Source of the DNA: Azolla caroliniana
Taxonomy: Eukaryota; Plantae; Polypodiophyta
NCBI GenBank assembly: GCA_043228905.1
Contig: JBHGNT010000013.1
Location: 7,192,001-7,256,000 of the forward strand
Reading direction: 5' to 3'
DNA length: 64,000 nt
The notes under the pieces are model-generated. The model saw only the letters and a program-made list of their open reading frames with translations. It ran no database searches and was not told the origin of the DNA. Shown here one piece after another: positions 59,522 through 64,000 of the stretch. Each line of letters opens with the position of its first letter. Within the stretch, counting starts at the first letter, position 1. The position numbers and the translations under genes were made by a program.

Positions 59522-62500
59522 TCACTTCGGCATGGGATGTCTTTCCAATCCGATCCTCTTCCAGCATGCTTCCAGCTTGTCGGGTGTGAGCACCTTGGTT
59601 AGCATATCCGACCCGTTCTCATCCGTGTGGATCTTTGTCAGCACGAACTCCTTGTCTTCTATCCTTTCCCGGATCCAGTGATATCTTCGCTGGATGTGCT
59701 TCGTCCGGGAGTGATAGGCCGCGTTCTTCGCAAGCTGGATTGCACTCTGACTATCGCAGTAGAGTCGGTACTCCTCCTGCCGAATCCCGAGCTCTCTAAT
59801 GAAGTCCTTCATCCATATTACTTCCTTGCCGGCTTCAACAGCCGCCATGTACTCCGCCTCCGTGGTTGACAACACAACCGTCTTCTGCAGCCTCGACTGC
59901 CATGAAACAGCTCCCCCTGCATACGTCATCACATACCCTGATGTGGACCGGCTGGTATCTGCATCAGCCGACATATCCGAATCGGTGAAGCCGTCGAGTT
60001 CGGGCTTACCGGAGCCGAATCGGAGGCACACGTCTGCCGTGCCCTTCAGGTATCGGAGTATCCACTTGGCCGCGTTCCAATGCTCTTTGCCGGGATTGCT
60101 CATGTACCGACTCACCACTCCGACTGCATATCCTATGTCCGGTCGGGTACACACCATCGCGTACATCAAGCTCCCGACGGCAGAGGCATATGGTACTTTC
60201 ATCATGTCCTCCTTCTCAGCCTTTGTCTTGGGGCTTTGCTTGCTGGACAGCTTGCAGTTTGCCGGGAGGGTCGATCCGACCGGTCTTGCTTCCGACATGT
60301 TGAACCGGTGAAGCACCTTCGTCACGTACTTCTCCTGTGACAGCCACAACTGCTTCTTCTTCCGGTCCCGGATGATGTGCATCCCTAGTATTTGCCTCGC
60401 CGGACCCAGGTCCTTCATTGAGAAGGTTCGGGGAAGAGCCTTCTTCAGCATCCGTATCTTGACCTAGTCTCGTCCGACGATCAACATGTCGTCCACATAC
60501 AGGAGGAGTATTAGAAAGTCTCCTCCTTCGAACTTCTTCACAAACACGCAGTGGTCGGACTGCGTTTTGAGGTACCCTTCGTCGGTCATGAAGGAGTCGA
60601 ACTTCCGGTACCATAGCCGGGGAGCCTGCTTCAGTCCGTAAAGGCTCTTCTTCAACCGGCACACCAGGTGCTCCTTCCCTTCCTTCTCGAATCCTTCCGG
60701 TTGCTGCATGTAGATCTCTTCTTCGAGGTCACCGTGAAGGAATGCCGTCTTCACGTCCATCTAATCTACCTCGAGGTCCATGCTTGCCGCTATGCTCAGC
60801 ACCGTCCGGATGGAGGTCATCTTCACTACCGGGGCAAATATCTCGTCGAAGTCGACGCCCTTCTTCTGCTGAAACCCCTTCACCACGATCCTGGCTTTGT
60901 ATCTCGGGGGGTTTCCGGCATCTCCCGGCTTCAGCTTGAACACCCACTTGTTTCGAAGTGCCCGCTTACCTTTCGGCAACTCCACAAGTTCATATGTGTG
61001 GTTCTCATGCAGGGAATCCATCTCGTCCTGCATGGCACTCAACCACCTGCGGCTCTGGGTGTCATGCTTTGCTTCTTCAAAGCTCTCCGGCTCCCCCTCG
61101 TCGGTTAGCAGCATGTGCTCTGGTTCCGGAAATCTCCGGGGGGCCCTTCTCTCTCTTAGAGGATATCTCCGTTCCGGAGCTTCGGTAACCGGTTCTTCCG
61201 ATTCTTCTTCATCCGAATCCATTTCGGGATCGGGGCCGGTTCCGGTATCAGTTTCATCTTCCTCGGCCGGTTCTGTTTCTTCATCGTCTTCGGCCGGATC
61301 CTCGAGTGATAATCGGTCCCTTGCCGGTCGGGACTGCCCCTCGTAGAGTTGATCCTCACCGGTCGACTTGGAGCTCTTCATCTTCTTCTCCGACTCCCAG
61401 TCGGCGAGTGTCTTGTTCTCCATGAAGATGATATCACGACTCCGGAATATCTTCTTGTCGACCGGGTCCCATACTCGGTAGCCGAACTCGTCATCGCCGT
61501 AACCGAGGAATATGCATGGCCGGGTCTTTGGATCTAGCTTTCCTCTCCGGTCCTTTGCCACATGCACGTATGCGAGACACCCGAACACCTTCAGATGCCG
61601 GTAGGATACTTCCCTACCGGTCCACACTCTCTGCGGCGTGTCTCCGTCCAAAGGTACTGAGGGTGATCTGTTTATCACGTATGTCGCCGTCGACATCGCC
61701 TCAGCCCAAAACCCCTTGGGTAATTCCGCATGCGCCAGCATACTCCGGACCCTCTCCATTATGGTCCGGTTCATCCTCTCGGCCAGCCCGTTCAGTTCCG
61801 GCGTTTTCGGCACAGTAAACTCGAGCCGGATTCCCTTCGAGCGACAGTACTCCGCGAACTGCCCCCGGTATTCCCCTCCGTTATCCGCTCGTATCGCTTT
61901 CAGCTTCTTGCCGGATTCCCTTTCCACTCTCGCGTGGAGTTCTTTGAAGACGCACAACACTTGGTCCTTTGTCTTCAGCGGTGCCGTCCACAGCTTCCGG
62001 CTGTGATCATCAATGAATGTTACGAAGTACTGGGCTCCGCCATGTGACTTCGTTTCTACCTGACACACATCAGTGTGCACCAACTCCAATGGTGCGCTAC
62101 GTCTTGTCGGTGGCCTTGAGTGGAAGGAGGTTCGGTTCTGCTTACCGGCCAGGCAATCGGTGCACTTCTCCAGGTGCACATGCTTCACTGGAATATGGTT
62201 GTCTTCTGCAAGCCTCTTCATCCCCTTCTCACTCATGTGGCACAGTCTTTTGTGCCACAGCTCACCGGCAGTGTCGGCTGCCACATTCAGCTCTTCCGGA
62301 CATAACCGGGCATTCATCAAGTACAGTGTGTTGTTTTTCCGGGCCCGAGCCACTATCAGGCTCCCCTTGCTGAACTTCATTACGCCGTTCCGGATGCTAC
62401 CTGTGTAGCCTTCATCGTCTAGCCTCCCGGCCGAAATCAGGTTCAATCGAACCTCCGGAACGTGTCGGACATCCTTCAGCAGCATTTTGCATCCGGTCGG

Positions 62501-63595
62501 GGTTGTCAACCACACGTCTCCTATGACGGCAATCCGGTACGTACCTTCATTTCCCATCCGAACACAGCCATGCTCACCGGCTGTGTAGGATGAGAAGTAT
62601 CTTCTCTCCGGGGTCAGGTGGAACGATGCTCCGGAATCGACCACCCAGGTCGTCTCATCGCCGGCAATGTTTAGTTCACCTTCTTCGGTGATGAGCATGA
62701 TTTCTTCCTCACTTGCCGTGAGTGCCGTCGTTCCTTTCCGGTCCTGCCCTCGCCGATCCGAACCTCTCCGGTCCGTGGCTCCCCGGTATGCACCGTTTCT
62801 CTCCGGTGACTTCTTCGAATCGGTGTCGTCGGCTCCGTTGTCTTTTCGGTAATGCCGACAATTCTTTCGGAAGTGCCCCGGCTTCCCACAGTGGAAGCAT
62901 GTGGGCCTTCCTCTTGACTGCGACCGGGTCCCCGACTTCTCCCGTCTTTGCGGACTCCGGTTCCATTGTCTTCCCCGATCCGATTCGGTAAGCAGCGCCT
63001 TCGAGTCGGAGGCCGGTTCTTTATCTCTCCGACGCGCTTCTTCGTTCAAAATACTTGTCTTTACCGTTTGTAAGGACAAGTTATCTTCGGTGCAGGAGGT
63101 GCTGAGAGTCACCACCAAGTTCTCCCAGCTTTCCGGCAATGTACACATCAAGATGATGGCTTGCATTCCATCCTCCAACGGGAACTTGATCGCCGCAAGC
63201 TGATTCACGAATCCCATGAACGTGCTTACGTGTTCCACCATACTCTCGCCGTCCCGGTACTTGAGATTCACTATCTTCCTCATCAGGGAGGTCCGGTTCA
63301 ACGCATTCTTCCTCTCATAGAGGCCCGACAGCTTCCGCCACATCTCATATGCGTTGGTGTCGTTCGCCACATGTTGTAGAACGCTCACGTCGACGTATTG
63401 CCGAATGGTTGCAACGGCTTTCCGGTTCAGAAGCCTCCATTCCGACTCAAGTACCCCCTTCGGTATTTCCGACCTGTCAATCGGTTCGTACAGGTCCCGA
63501 ACAATCAGAAGATCCTCCATCTTGATCTTCCAGTCGGCGTAATTCTGCGCATTCAGCACCATCATCCCCGGCTGCCCGCTGCCGCCGCCTTCCAT
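59522..63595 (-). pseudogene. gag-pol: Subfamily A full gag-pol with stops at 60761 and 60464
   Basis: ORFs 60761-63595, 60464-60760, 59522-60451. Confidence 0.95.
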
Positions 63596-63624
63596 TTTCT
63601 GCAGCAGTCGCTCTGATACCAGTT

Positions 63625-64000
63625 TGTTGAGAAATCGACGCTCCGATTAGCCTTCACCACTCGGCCACAACCGAGTAAGCGCGAATCAATGCAGCAGAAA
63701 ATAGGAATCACAGAGAAAGACACGAATACACAGAGATTAACGTGGAAAACCCTGCACGGGAAAAACCACGGGAGTGCAAGACTCCAAACCAACACTATAC
63801 ACAGAGAAGTATACAATGGCGAGCTGCAAGGCGACGACCTTGAGCTCGCTGTCCTCGCCACAGGCGGCGGAAATACACAGAGGCGTCGACCTCTTCCTCT
63901 CTCACGCTCTATCTCTCTCTCTCTCTCACGGCTGCTCTCTCTCTTCACTCCTCTTGAGTGGAAAAACAGAAAAATGAGTAGCGACAATAAACCTGTTTGC
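63625..64000 (-). repeat. LTR-A, runs off the window end
   Basis: Matches 58903 onward; one extra TC unit. Confidence 0.93.

Larger units (their letters stand above)
46951..64000 (-). mobile_element. Young head-to-tail array of a compact Tnt1/Tork-like Ty1/copia (subfamily A) with shared LTRs and nested subfamily B
   Basis: LTR-A at 47188-47796, 58903-59511 and 63625->64000; each internal LTR has a PBS on one side and a PPT on the other. Confidence 0.95.

Noticed and set aside
47912-63616. Numerous + strand ORFs antisense to copia gag-pol
   Set aside because: Shadow ORFs of GC-rich coding sequence, repeated only because the DNA is duplicated.

Overview
Eukaryotic, gene-free, repeat-saturated DNA, inferred to be plant and probably bryophyte because Tcn1-like self-priming chromoviruses occur together with Phygy/Selgy-type Ty3 elements. 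I found no host protein genes or intact RNA genes. Positions 1-46.9 kb are a deep nest of decayed LTR retrotransposons (Ty1/copia, chromovirus Ty3, non-chromovirus Ty3) plus a hAT relic; most nesting relationships resolve from TSDs. Positions 46.9-64 kb are a very young head-to-tail array of a compact Tnt1/Tork-like copia sharing LTRs. A sister subfamily is inserted in its gag and was then partly duplicated by unequal crossover. Most unusual observations: (1) an Athila/Tat-like element with no polypurine tract, carrying a tRNA-3'-end-like (PBS-type) motif at the PPT position, opposite to gag-pol; (2) a Ty3 lineage whose four insertion flanks all read ACGT-like, with 4-bp TSDs; (3) a tRNA-Lys-like Pol III A/B-box cassette inside LTRs of that lineage; (4) a ~14-kb inversion inside a copia element. 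All coordinates and mismatch counts were read by eye.
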